DNA of 56,001 nucleotides, filler included, from Stramenopiles sp. TOSAG23-2 (GCA_900128395.1; 5 parts of 5 records of this genome joined end to end with filler, not necessarily neighbours in it), one strand, 5' to 3'. Counted from the first letter of the whole stretch, positions 22,801-32,284 are shown. Notes: generated from the sequence alone by a model not told the origin. Numbers and translations: made by a program.

Positions 22801-23415
22801 TTATATACTTATTTTTATCCACTCTGGTAAATAATACGTATCTCTATTTACATCTCTTGACAGGTAATTATTTTTAAATTCATCACGATAATATATCGTC
22901 GCTTTGGTGTTCAAATATGCGGCCCACCATGCAAATGTTCCTCTACTAAAAACAATATTGTCACACAAAGTGGCCATTATAGTAAAGTCTACTCGTAAAT
23001 CGGCCTTTGAAATTGTAGTATTTATATTGTAATCTTTGATAAAATCTAATTGTTTTAAAGCTTTTGATGGTTCGTCGCTAATGATAAGAAAATGATTACT
23101 AAAACCGGTTTTTAGTACTCTAGATAGCACCTTTAAATAAAATGCCTTTGGTGGCAAAGTCATTCCCTCATTTTTTCTTGCCATGTCTCCTAAGCGATAA
23201 TGAAAACAAGTCAATTTATCGTATTCGTATTTTAGTTGTTTCTTTAAATATTCTTTAGCTAATGTTTTGTAAGCAGATTGAATCTTAAACATAGATAGAA
23301 TATCTTTTCTGTATTCGTCAAAATAGTTGTAACATTGAAAATACCTTCTAAAACCAATGTGTTTTATATTATCGTATTTTTTATAAAACCTATTATCACA
23401 AAACCCGAATGGGTT
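22801..23415 (-). CDS. Glycosyltransferase family 11 (alpha-1,2-fucosyltransferase-like), 5' end lost at a duplication junction
   Basis: Frame extends upstream of the tracked ATG as ...RRYFQCYNYFDEYRKDILSMF; motifs HYRLGD, FLIISDE, DFTIMATLCD and SRGTFAWWAAYL. Confidence 0.88.
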   Translation of the reverse strand, partial: NPFGFCDNRFYKKYDNIKHIGFRRYFQCYNYFDEYRKDILSMFKIQSAYKTLAKEYLKKQLKYEYDKLTCFHYRLGDMARKNEGMTLPPKAFYLKVLSRVLKTGFSNHFLIISDEPSKALKQLDFIKDYNINTTISKADLRVDFTIMATLCDNIVFSRGTFAWWAAYLNTKATIYYRDEFKNNYLSRDVNRDTYYLPEWIKISI

Positions 23416-23761
23416 TTACATTAGTAATAGTGGATTTGAATACCCAGAACCAACAGAATATTCATGTCACGAATTCAATAACAGCAGATATGATAGGATA
23501 CGAATGGCATTTGTTAGTAAATCCAAAACATTGAAAAACTTAAAACTAGTAGATGTGGGTAAAGATGAAGCTTCAGCTAGTAAGCGAGAAAATTTTTTTG
23601 ATAATAAATTAACTACTATTACTACTACAGAAGAAGGGTCGATTATTGAATTGTTTAGCAATTGTGTTGATAAAAAACAAAAACATTTTCACTCTGGTAT
23701 TATTACATTTAATACAAATAACCTTAAATCACAACCATATTTGATTGATATACCAGCAGAT
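23405..23761 (+). repeat. Exact 357-nt direct copy of 24965-25321
   Basis: Identity from ccgaatgggttttac to taccagcagat; offset 1560 nt. Confidence 0.92.
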
Positions 23762-26512
23762 GAAAAGGAACCCTATTATTGCGATTTTGATGAAAACAAA
23801 AAATTTTCAGAAACTAATCACGGCGGCGGTGTATACAACAATGAAGGACTAATTAAATATTTAAATAAAGACGTACAATTAGCTGCAAAAATAGATGTTT
23901 TGGATGAAATTCAAGAATGTATATGTGCGGATTTCAGTGGCGCAAGTGTTGAAAATTGCAAAGATATATTTTTATGTAATATTAACTGTAACACGATACT
24001 AAAACGAAATCCTAAGTTGTGTCGAATTGATTGGTATCGTCATTTTTGTGCCGCAGAATGTGGTTTGCAAAAGGTTAAAACAGATAAAAAACAAACAAAA
24101 GAATTAGGATTTCCAAATGATTCATACCAATTTACAGTAGAAACAACACTAAAGAAGAACCAAATCCAAGTATTTAGTATAGGACATATTTTAAAAGAAA
24201 ATATAATCAATCCTACAACATTTCAAGTAAAAGAATTTTTGGAAACGTTAGCAAAAGATAACGACATACAAACAAATGGGCAAATAGAAGAATCATTAAT
24301 TCACAAAGATTGGTTTGATATAAATAAATTACAATGTCATACAGTGTCTGATACAACTTTGCAAGCATTTGATGTTGAAAATTTAACAACAGAGTTTATG
24401 CCTTGTCAATTTAGAAAAGGTTGGTCTAAAGCGACGTTGGATGGTGACAACAGGGATTTCATGCGATGTGCTGGTAAGACAATGAATGAACCTAATTTAA
24501 AAAAACAATTCATTCGAAGATTGTTCTACGACGATTATGACAAAGGTTACATCACTGGGAATAGTTTCATTAAAGAATATGCAAGTTTAAAATCAAATAG
24601 ACAACTTATTAAATTTATTGTTTCCGTTAATGAACAAGATATTAGGCATTGTAATTCTATGAATCGAAGAAACAATAAAATATCTTACATTAAACCTAAC
24701 ATAGAAAAGGTACCATTCTGTAAAACTGTCATTTCAAAAACAAAACTAGCAGAGGAAGAGTGTGTCAATTTGGTAGTACCAATGGATTGGAAAAATGATA
24801 TAACAGCTCATAACCCTGTACGACAATCCAATGAAAAAAACCCTAGTATATCAATCTTAGAAAAGGGTGCTTATTGTCGTACAGAAACAGGAAAAGTAGA
24901 TTCAATTCAACAGGACCAAGGCATTTGTTTGCCATACAATTTACCTTCTAAAATGACTACAAAACCGAATGGGTTTTACATTAGTAATAGTGGATTTGAA
25001 TACCCAGAACCAACAGAATATTCATGTCACGAATTCAATAACAGCAGATATGATAGGATACGAATGGCATTTGTTAGTAAATCCAAAACATTGAAAAACT
25101 TAAAACTAGTAGATGTGGGTAAAGATGAAGCTTCAGCTAGTAAGCGAGAAAATTTTTTTGATAATAAATTAACTACTATTACTACTACAGAAGAAGGGTC
25201 GATTATTGAATTGTTTAGCAATTGTGTTGATAAAAAACAAAAACATTTTCACTCTGGTATTATTACATTTAATACAAATAACCTTAAATCACAACCATAT
25301 TTGATTGATATACCAGCAGATACAACCATAGAAGAACCTTTATTTAAGGATTTTGGTTTAAGTAAGGATTTGGAACTTTATACAAAAGTTTGGTTGACAA
25401 AAAATTATGACACCTATAAAAATATAGATAAAAGTGCTGAAATACACATCAATGACTTTACTGACTTTCAAAAGCTATTATTTACAACACATAGCAAACA
25501 AAAAAACGATAATATTCACATCATCAGTGCAGCAGTTTGTAGCAATAGAGACATAAAATATTTACAACAAAAATCAAATTATCAAATCCCAGAATATGTA
25601 TTTGAATGTATCGTTAAAGGTAACAGATGCCAAGAGATTAAAGAAAAAGAAAATATGCATGTAAAGATTGAATATATGAATCAGCAATTATGGTTGATCC
25701 CAAAACATGACTTAATAATAAAGAATCACGGACCAATGCGAGTCTCAAATACATGTGATTCAAAAACCATTGATTATTTATTAGATCTTTTAAATTATAA
25801 GAAAACAGGCATAACTGGTCAAGATTTTTTTCTTGTTTCTAACCAATTATTAAAAAATCAAAAACCAATGCATAAAACCAACATTAAACCTTGCAAATCA
25901 ACAAGTTTGTGCGTAGATAGAAATGCAAACATAAAAAAATCAACCACAGGAACAACGACGTGTAGTATCGATGTTGATATTGGTTATGAAGAAAAACAAT
26001 CCTTGGCATGGGATGCTATCTTTATGGACCCAATATTTTATTTAAGAACATACAAAAATGCTGTCGTACCTTTAAAGTTTGACGTAATCGTATATAAAAT
26101 AAAAAAATGTGGTAATTATAAACAAACAACGAAACGAAGGTTGCAATTATTATCCGATATGGCTACGATAGAATATGGAGGATCTGTTAGCAGCATTTTT
26201 AACATACTTGCTACGATGAATAACACAAAACCACAGATGATATCTTTTGCAGATACTTTGATTGACAATCTACATGAGCAATGGCCATTGGCAACAAATA
26301 CAAACGAAGCTAGGGAACAGTTGTATGAACAAATTACTAAATTGTATACCGAAGATTTGCTATGTCTACATAATAGTTATATATTTTACATTGGGCTAGC
26401 ATTCGTTTTACATTATGTTGTATTGTTAATATTAGCGACGATATTTAGTTGCTTACCAGACACGATTACCGGAAAACCTGTATCTATCTTTTACCAACCA
26501 AACTCCAGATAG
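23504..26512 (+). CDS. Large Cys-containing protein with a C-terminal transmembrane anchor (true 5' end uncertain)
   Basis: 1002-aa ORF; hydrophobic YIFYIGLAFVLHYVVLLILATIF near the C-terminus; KRRL site; the first 86 aa come from the duplicated block. Confidence 0.75.
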   Translation: MAFVSKSKTLKNLKLVDVGKDEASASKRENFFDNKLTTITTTEEGSIIELFSNCVDKKQKHFHSGIITFNTNNLKSQPYLIDIPADEKEPYYCDFDENKKFSETNHGGGVYNNEGLIKYLNKDVQLAAKIDVLDEIQECICADFSGASVENCKDIFLCNINCNTILKRNPKLCRIDWYRHFCAAECGLQKVKTDKKQTKELGFPNDSYQFTVETTLKKNQIQVFSIGHILKENIINPTTFQVKEFLETLAKDNDIQTNGQIEESLIHKDWFDINKLQCHTVSDTTLQAFDVENLTTEFMPCQFRKGWSKATLDGDNRDFMRCAGKTMNEPNLKKQFIRRLFYDDYDKGYITGNSFIKEYASLKSNRQLIKFIVSVNEQDIRHCNSMNRRNNKISYIKPNIEKVPFCKTVISKTKLAEEECVNLVVPMDWKNDITAHNPVRQSNEKNPSISILEKGAYCRTETGKVDSIQQDQGICLPYNLPSKMTTKPNGFYISNSGFEYPEPTEYSCHEFNNSRYDRIRMAFVSKSKTLKNLKLVDVGKDEASASKRENFFDNKLTTITTTEEGSIIELFSNCVDKKQKHFHSGIITFNTNNLKSQPYLIDIPADTTIEEPLFKDFGLSKDLELYTKVWLTKNYDTYKNIDKSAEIHINDFTDFQKLLFTTHSKQKNDNIHIISAAVCSNRDIKYLQQKSNYQIPEYVFECIVKGNRCQEIKEKENMHVKIEYMNQQLWLIPKHDLIIKNHGPMRVSNTCDSKTIDYLLDLLNYKKTGITGQDFFLVSNQLLKNQKPMHKTNIKPCKSTSLCVDRNANIKKSTTGTTTCSIDVDIGYEEKQSLAWDAIFMDPIFYLRTYKNAVVPLKFDVIVYKIKKCGNYKQTTKRRLQLLSDMATIEYGGSVSSIFNILATMNNTKPQMISFADTLIDNLHEQWPLATNTNEAREQLYEQITKLYTEDLLCLHNSYIFYIGLAFVLHYVVLLILATIFSCLPDTITGKPVSIFYQPNSR

Positions 26513-26546
26513 TATATATTATTGGTTTAGTAAAATATAAAACAAT

Positions 26547-27269
26547 ATGGCTACTAAAACTCAACAAATTTTCTTGGACCTCAAAACCAAAATTGATAAA
26601 TTAAACAAAAAAATAGATAAGTTAGAAATAGAAAAACAAAATAACGAACAAAAAATCAAACAAAATTCGATACTAGAAGAAACAGCAATTACAAGATTAT
26701 ATAAAATTGTTAAACAAGATGATAAAAATAATGCAGTAAAAATGAAAGAACTGATACAAGAAACTGCGGATCTATTAACAAAAAGTTTAGAAAAACATGC
26801 CAAAGATCTAATGGGAGCGACACAACTTAAAATGGATTTAAACTCTACCTTAAAAGACAACAAATTAAAGAAAGAGCTGAATAAGAACATCAATACAAGA
26901 GGTAAATTAACAGAGACCAAATTAGATATGCAAGATATAAAAATTGACACCTTAACAACGAATCAGGGCATAAACAACGATACACTTAAAAACCAAATAT
27001 TAAAGGATAAACAACAAATAGAAGATAGAATAGACCAATCCGACAGATCGTATAAACAAATGAATGATTCATTGAAAAGTCAATTAAAGCTATTAGAAGG
27101 TGAAATAATTAATATGCGTGAACTTGTAGACGACGTAATTGCAACAAAAAATACAGCAGAAATAGAGACCGAAGAAGAAGAAACAAAAACAGCAACAAAA
27201 AATAAAGAAGAGATTAAAGTTGGCAAACCGGATGAAGACGATGATGATACATTTGCAAATGAAATTTAA
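26547..27269 (+). CDS. Coiled-coil protein with acidic tail (240 aa)
   Basis: Heptad-like K/E/L/I/Q composition; DEDDDD tail. Confidence 0.75.
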   Translation: MATKTQQIFLDLKTKIDKLNKKIDKLEIEKQNNEQKIKQNSILEETAITRLYKIVKQDDKNNAVKMKELIQETADLLTKSLEKHAKDLMGATQLKMDLNSTLKDNKLKKELNKNINTRGKLTETKLDMQDIKIDTLTTNQGINNDTLKNQILKDKQQIEDRIDQSDRSYKQMNDSLKSQLKLLEGEIINMRELVDDVIATKNTAEIETEEEETKTATKNKEEIKVGKPDEDDDDTFANEI

Positions 27270-27436
27270 ATATGAATATTCTTAATTTTATCGATAACAT
27301 CAATCCAATATTTACAATTTTTAAATGCTTCTTCAGGAGTTACTTTTTTTTCTAGTTTATAATGTTTTAGACATGTATGATATTTCCTTGCTAAAAAAAA
27401 CTCTAATCTAGTCGTAGGCTTTATTGGGTCTGGCAT
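27266..27436 (-). CDS. Small ORF (56 aa) not in the ORF track
   Basis: MPDPIKPTTRLEFFLARKYHTCLKHYKLEKKVTPEEAFKNCKYWIDVIDKIKNIHI*. It exactly fills the gap, overlaps the BAF-like gene end and shares TTAA with the convergent stop. Confidence 0.65.
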   Translation of the reverse strand: MPDPIKPTTRLEFFLARKYHTCLKHYKLEKKVTPEEAFKNCKYWIDVIDKIKNIHI

Positions 27437-27786
27437 TCTGGTATTTTCTCTAGTTCCGTTTCTATACTAACTTGGTTTTCTTGGTTTATAGTAACTTCGT
27501 TAGTTTCATTAGTTTCGGTTTCAGCAGGTTGTTTTAGTTCTGATATAGCACAAAAAATACGATGGCTATTTACATATTTTGGTAAAACGTTTAGTAAATC
27601 ATTATACGAATCTATATTATTTAATAAATCTCCTATTGTATTTATGTTCTTTTTTTTAAAATGTTCATATGTTACTTCCCCAACACCGGGTATTTTTATA
27701 ACACTACTTTCTATTGAATTTTCTGATACAAACTTTTCCAATTGATAAGCACTTAGATGAGATTTTTCTTTACAATATTTCTTCAT
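27421..27786 (-). CDS. Barrier-to-autointegration factor (BAF)-like helix-hairpin-helix DNA-binding protein
   Basis: KFVSENSIESSVIKIPGVGEVTYEHFKKKNINTIGDLL aligns without gaps to the BAF core ([25 protein letters not shown]...); HhH hPGhG motif. Confidence 0.7.
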   Translation of the reverse strand: MKKYCKEKSHLSAYQLEKFVSENSIESSVIKIPGVGEVTYEHFKKKNINTIGDLLNNIDSYNDLLNVLPKYVNSHRIFCAISELKQPAETETNETNEVTINQENQVSIETELEKIPECQTQ

Positions 27787-28470
27787 TCATATGTTTGTAA
27801 GCCTACTATTACGTCTACTATATATTCGTGGCGTAAAATCAAATATTTGTTGATCACAAACCACCGAATGTGGTGTCATCATGTATCGAGATTGGATATG
27901 AAAATTTTGTTTTATAGTATTATCCGTGGCCAAATATTTTCTACACATTGGACATTTATAAATTAATGTAAATTCTGATTCTTTTTGGAAATATTGTTTT
28001 AAGCATTTTTTATGAAACATATGCCCACAACATGTTTTTGTTACAATATCATTTTGTTCATAGTTTGATTGACATATAGGGCATATTTCATCCTTATCTA
28101 ATTCTGATAATTGCTTCTTTGATAATTTAAAACCTTTTAGTTTTGGTTTAATGGAAGCGCGATTATATTTTGATTTTTTTGCAATCATTTGCCATAATTT
28201 ATGAAAATTTAATGGATCTATCAACGGACCACCTTGGGTAGTGATATCGAAAACGACGCGAAAATTTTGTCGTTGATGCTTTAAGCATGGGCATTTTCTA
28301 GAACATTGACTTGACTCAGGATTGTCACATGTAGTTTGATGTAGATCATCGTCGTTTGATAATTCTTGTTCTATTTGATTGGGTGATAATTCTGCTATAG
28401 TGCTTGACAGGATATTATTTCTTCTCCTTCGCGCAGAAATTAACTGATTTGGGACACGTCGGCTTGGCAT
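27787..28470 (-). CDS. RING-H2 (C3H2C3) E3 ligase-like protein
   Basis: CPIC...CGHMFHKKC...CPMCR; basic N-terminus RRRR. Confidence 0.88.
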   Translation of the reverse strand: MPSRRVPNQLISARRRRNNILSSTIAELSPNQIEQELSNDDDLHQTTCDNPESSQCSRKCPCLKHQRQNFRVVFDITTQGGPLIDPLNFHKLWQMIAKKSKYNRASIKPKLKGFKLSKKQLSELDKDEICPICQSNYEQNDIVTKTCCGHMFHKKCLKQYFQKESEFTLIYKCPMCRKYLATDNTIKQNFHIQSRYMMTPHSVVCDQQIFDFTPRIYSRRNSRLTNI

Positions 28471-28525
28471 TTATTTTATAGACTATAATATATACAGATT
28501 CTTCTTGTTAAGACTTTTGTATATA

Positions 28526-29884
28526 ATGATCAACACATCTTTATATAGGTTAACTCATGGAAATCTAGATGACGTACAAGCAGATGTTGAGAAACTGGAG
28601 AATTATTTTCAAAACCGAAGAGAACAAGTTGCTCAAATTACTTTGACACCTAATTTTGGTATTGATTATGATATGACTAGTATGGTAGAAATGATTTTCC
28701 CAGAATTTAAAACACAGGAAATAAAGATTTATAAAGGGTTATTAGTGGAATTGAGAATGAATTACACGATACAACTAACAGATGCCATGTGGTTGTTCCC
28801 GCAATTATATAAAACAATTGGTCTAGTTGAATTACCTATAGGAACAAATTTAGAAACAATGAAGGCGCAAATACGTGATATAAAAGAGTTTGATATTACA
28901 GGGTTTAATACAAAGACAGAAAATACAGAAGAGTATGAAATGAGCCCATTGTATAATAGCATTGGTATTTATATACACAATGACGCCAGCAATGACTGGG
29001 GTACAAGCAACGATAGCTACGTACTTGGATACAACTTGAGCTGTGACAAACTTATTATACACCCATGGAAATACTTATTAGAACAAAATTTAAAAGTACA
29101 TGACTTTTTTCAAAAACTAAATGTCATGAAAATTGAAGGACAAACAATTAAATCAGTCATGAATGAATCGTCAAAAGTTATTGTGGAATTTTTAACTGGG
29201 AAAAGGGAACACATGCTTAATTATATCACAGAAATGGCAAGCAATTGGTTTTATAGAAACGATCAAAACTATTTCTTTTTCAATAATTGTTGTAACATCT
29301 TATCACTTTCACAAAGACCTGTTGCCTTTGAAACATCACCTTTGGCTGGTATACAATTGTATAAAAATGACTGCAAATCCGAACATCCGTATAATTTCTT
29401 GTTTCCAATAAGCAGCAAGACCTACAATGAATTTTATATTTACGACGATTTAAATCTACAACAAAAAGATAGAGTCAAGATGGGGTTCTACTGGGACAGG
29501 AATCAAATCCCATTCAATACACACCTTATGAGAAAATGTGCATCAGTGAATACAGGCGAATGGAAAAGAACAGAACAAACACTACAAGTTGTACCGCAAA
29601 AATTTTACAAGGTATTTTACAATAGGATCAGTACACATAACTTATATGCATCCTTGGCACCAGAAACATTAATACAATTACAACCCGGGGATACTAATGA
29701 GAGTATTTACTTTCCAATGGATTTGAAAAATGTGATTGTAAAAACATTAATAGAAAAATATGACGAATTGCAAAGATATAGAATTATAAATGACCAATAT
29801 TATTGTAATAGGAAAAAAATGTTGAAAATACCAAGACAAGTAGCAAAAATTATATTAAATACATATAATAATAATAATAATTAA
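28526..29884 (+). CDS. Hypothetical 452-aa protein, possible inactive RtcB-fold derivative
   Basis: Long ORF with first ATG at 28526; motif order loosely parallels RtcB (see findings). Confidence 0.7.
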   Translation: MINTSLYRLTHGNLDDVQADVEKLENYFQNRREQVAQITLTPNFGIDYDMTSMVEMIFPEFKTQEIKIYKGLLVELRMNYTIQLTDAMWLFPQLYKTIGLVELPIGTNLETMKAQIRDIKEFDITGFNTKTENTEEYEMSPLYNSIGIYIHNDASNDWGTSNDSYVLGYNLSCDKLIIHPWKYLLEQNLKVHDFFQKLNVMKIEGQTIKSVMNESSKVIVEFLTGKREHMLNYITEMASNWFYRNDQNYFFFNNCCNILSLSQRPVAFETSPLAGIQLYKNDCKSEHPYNFLFPISSKTYNEFYIYDDLNLQQKDRVKMGFYWDRNQIPFNTHLMRKCASVNTGEWKRTEQTLQVVPQKFYKVFYNRISTHNLYASLAPETLIQLQPGDTNESIYFPMDLKNVIVKTLIEKYDELQRYRIINDQYYCNRKKMLKIPRQVAKIILNTYNNNNN

Positions 29885-30864
29885 CGTTTTCTTTTCTTTT
29901 TTTTAGTCGCACTTGTAAAGATGTTTGCCACGTCCGACTCCTCGAATTCAGAGTCGGAGTCGCTGCTACTGCTACCCAAAAGAAGATCAGCGTCCCGTCT
30001 TTCTAAGTTTCTCCCTTGTGCTCTTAATGATCCCCTTCGAAACATCGCTTTTTGATAATCACTTTTCTCGCTGCTATTAAGTTTTCTCATCGCATAAATT
30101 ACAGGCACCTTTGTAGCACCCCCACCTGCTAAACTAACTCTTACTCTGTGTATTCCATCATCTACAAAGAACTCAATGACTTTCCAATATCTCCCATAAG
30201 ATAATAACGGGGAAGATTCATCAGTAGGCGTAACAATATCCCCTACTTTATATGTTGGTACTGTCAATTTCTTTAGCATTTCTTTGGAAATAGCAGCGGA
30301 TGGTTGAAAATCATTACGAATATCTTTGCGGAACCTATCATTCATGTGCAATTGTGCTGAACTTACATATTCATCGTCTTGTACATCTAATTTTTTCATC
30401 ATCCGTAATGCTAAACTATCCGAATATTCATCTGTTTTAAATGGATTTGTAATCTTGTCATCCACATTTGTGACCATATTTGCAGTATATGAATCCCATG
30501 CTTCTCTTTTTCCGGTACCGGTAGCTTTAGGAAGAACAATTTTCGAAGCATCGACACATTCGCGAATGACGTGACTCGTTTGTTGCGATTCATTGTGCAC
30601 TTCTTGATAGGATTTATTTTTTAAGTCTATTAACTTGTTAAATTCATCTGGATAGACGTTTCTGTTACTTTTTGGTTGCCCTATCATACCTTGTTTTGTG
30701 TAAAAATTATATAAATGATTTGCAATATGTTCCCAGTTACCACTTCGTCTATATGCGATATTGATTTTTAATTCCATTTGTCGGATAGCATCTTTGGAAA
30801 TGCTAAATCGTTGGTCTGGGTTTTTACAATTAATGAACGTGAATGTAGAATTTGTAAACGACAT
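29881..30864 (-). CDS. Hypothetical protein with a small SH3/KOW-like barrel and C-terminal NLS
   Basis: YKVGDIV...WKVIEF...RVRV segment; Ser/acidic patch followed by KKKKRKR*. Confidence 0.7.
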   Translation of the reverse strand: MSFTNSTFTFINCKNPDQRFSISKDAIRQMELKINIAYRRSGNWEHIANHLYNFYTKQGMIGQPKSNRNVYPDEFNKLIDLKNKSYQEVHNESQQTSHVIRECVDASKIVLPKATGTGKREAWDSYTANMVTNVDDKITNPFKTDEYSDSLALRMMKKLDVQDDEYVSSAQLHMNDRFRKDIRNDFQPSAAISKEMLKKLTVPTYKVGDIVTPTDESSPLLSYGRYWKVIEFFVDDGIHRVRVSLAGGGATKVPVIYAMRKLNSSEKSDYQKAMFRRGSLRAQGRNLERRDADLLLGSSSSDSDSEFEESDVANIFTSATKKKKRKR

Positions 30865-30911
30865 ATTCTCGTGGTTAGTATTTCGTATTAGTCTATAATA
30901 TAGTAATAAAA

Positions 30912-31676
30912 TTATAAATCCACGCGATGGATCTTAAGTTGTTCGTATTTTCTAGGAAATAAAATAGTTATACCACCATCCATATTGTATCCTGAATCTG
31001 CCGCTGTTCCGGTTCGGAAACCTAAAGTATGAAAGTACGAAGGTTTATGCATTGTTAATGCAAAACTGAAACCCAAAGCACTAAAAACGTGCCATATTGC
31101 ATGCGATGCTAAATCATCTACAAATAAATAAATCGAACATGCAATTATAAACGAAATAACAGTTAACAATGTATCAAAAACGTCAAACTCTCGCCGGTAT
31201 CGAATACCTACAAAAACTGCTGCTAATAGATAAATAGCAACTATAACCATTTTAAATGAACGGCATTCAAAATTGCCATGCTTACAATGTGCTTCGTGTG
31301 AAAAAATAACAATTGCTGCATTTAAAGGGGCTAGTTCCCAAAACATTTTACCAAATGCTAATAAAGCACTTAAACACAACAACGTAAACCAACTATAGGT
31401 AACGTCCATAAACATCCAACCATCGCTATCTAACACGGCACAAACATCATAGGCTTTACAGGTGTGATACAACGAACTGATTAAAAACACTAATAAAATT
31501 AACAAAATAATTTGAGTAGTTTTGTTATAGTAAGACACCATGATTGGTAAAACAAAGGCTGCGTTAGAAAAGACAGACATAAATTTAGCCCATTCTTCGT
31601 CAAAGTAACTTGGTATCGATGCTAACAATAAGAAACCAATTCCAGCGACTGACAACCAAGAACGTAGCTTAGACAT
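30912..31676 (-). CDS. TMEM8/myomaker/PGAP6-like 7-TM CREST-superfamily protein
   Basis: SNAAFVLP, SSLYHTC, MD and HAIWH motifs with about 7-8 hydrophobic helices. Confidence 0.8.
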   Translation of the reverse strand: MSKLRSWLSVAGIGFLLLASIPSYFDEEWAKFMSVFSNAAFVLPIMVSYYNKTTQIILLILLVFLISSLYHTCKAYDVCAVLDSDGWMFMDVTYSWFTLLCLSALLAFGKMFWELAPLNAAIVIFSHEAHCKHGNFECRSFKMVIVAIYLLAAVFVGIRYRREFDVFDTLLTVISFIIACSIYLFVDDLASHAIWHVFSALGFSFALTMHKPSYFHTLGFRTGTAADSGYNMDGGITILFPRKYEQLKIHRVDL

Positions 31677-31720
31677 TATTTGCTTAATAATAATAATTAT
31701 AAATAATATATATACTTATT

Positions 31721-32284
31721 TTAATGATAATTATTTATGCTATATACATCACCTTCATCCATACGAATCATGAAACCAATTATAGTACCACGGGAAAAAT
31801 AATTGTAACCAGTACAAAGAATTTCCATATTAAGAGATTTTGTTACTAGAAATAATTCTAAGTCATCCAACTCACCATATTCCTTTTGAAATGGGTAGAT
31901 ATGGAACGGCATAATATCTGGTCGATTTAAATTAGCTAACTCATCGACGCTATTCTTCCAATCATTTAGTTTTTCCCAGTCGGCATGATATGCATCTGAA
32001 AATATGACATAACCATCTTCTGTTTGTGCCATTTTAGGAGTCTTGTTTGTAAAACTGTTCTTATTGCTACATAAATCATGTAACATCTCCTCCGTTTTCA
32101 TATTACCTTTTCCGTAACCTTCAAACCAAGTATGTCGTCGGGCATAAGCTAACTTACGCAATATTTTTGAAGCATGACGTTTTTCAAAGAATGGTAAAAT
32201 TTTTAAAGATTCTAATGCTTCTAAGGGTGAGTTGTAAACACTCATACATCGTTCGGTTTCACTATAAGTAAAATTATTCTGCAT
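31721..32284 (-). CDS. Hypothetical protein (187 aa)
   Basis: ATG ORF in a tightly packed array; no motif recognised. Confidence 0.7.
   Translation of the reverse strand: MQNNFTYSETERCMSVYNSPLEALESLKILPFFEKRHASKILRKLAYARRHTWFEGYGKGNMKTEEMLHDLCSNKNSFTNKTPKMAQTEDGYVIFSDAYHADWEKLNDWKNSVDELANLNRPDIMPFHIYPFQKEYGELDDLELFLVTKSLNMEILCTGYNYFSRGTIIGFMIRMDEGDVYSINNYH

Noticed and set aside
23504-23761. Internal domain repeat at the N-terminus of the 1002-aa protein
   Set aside because: It is 100% identical in DNA to 25064-25321 and truncates the neighbouring GT11 gene; most likely a chimera.
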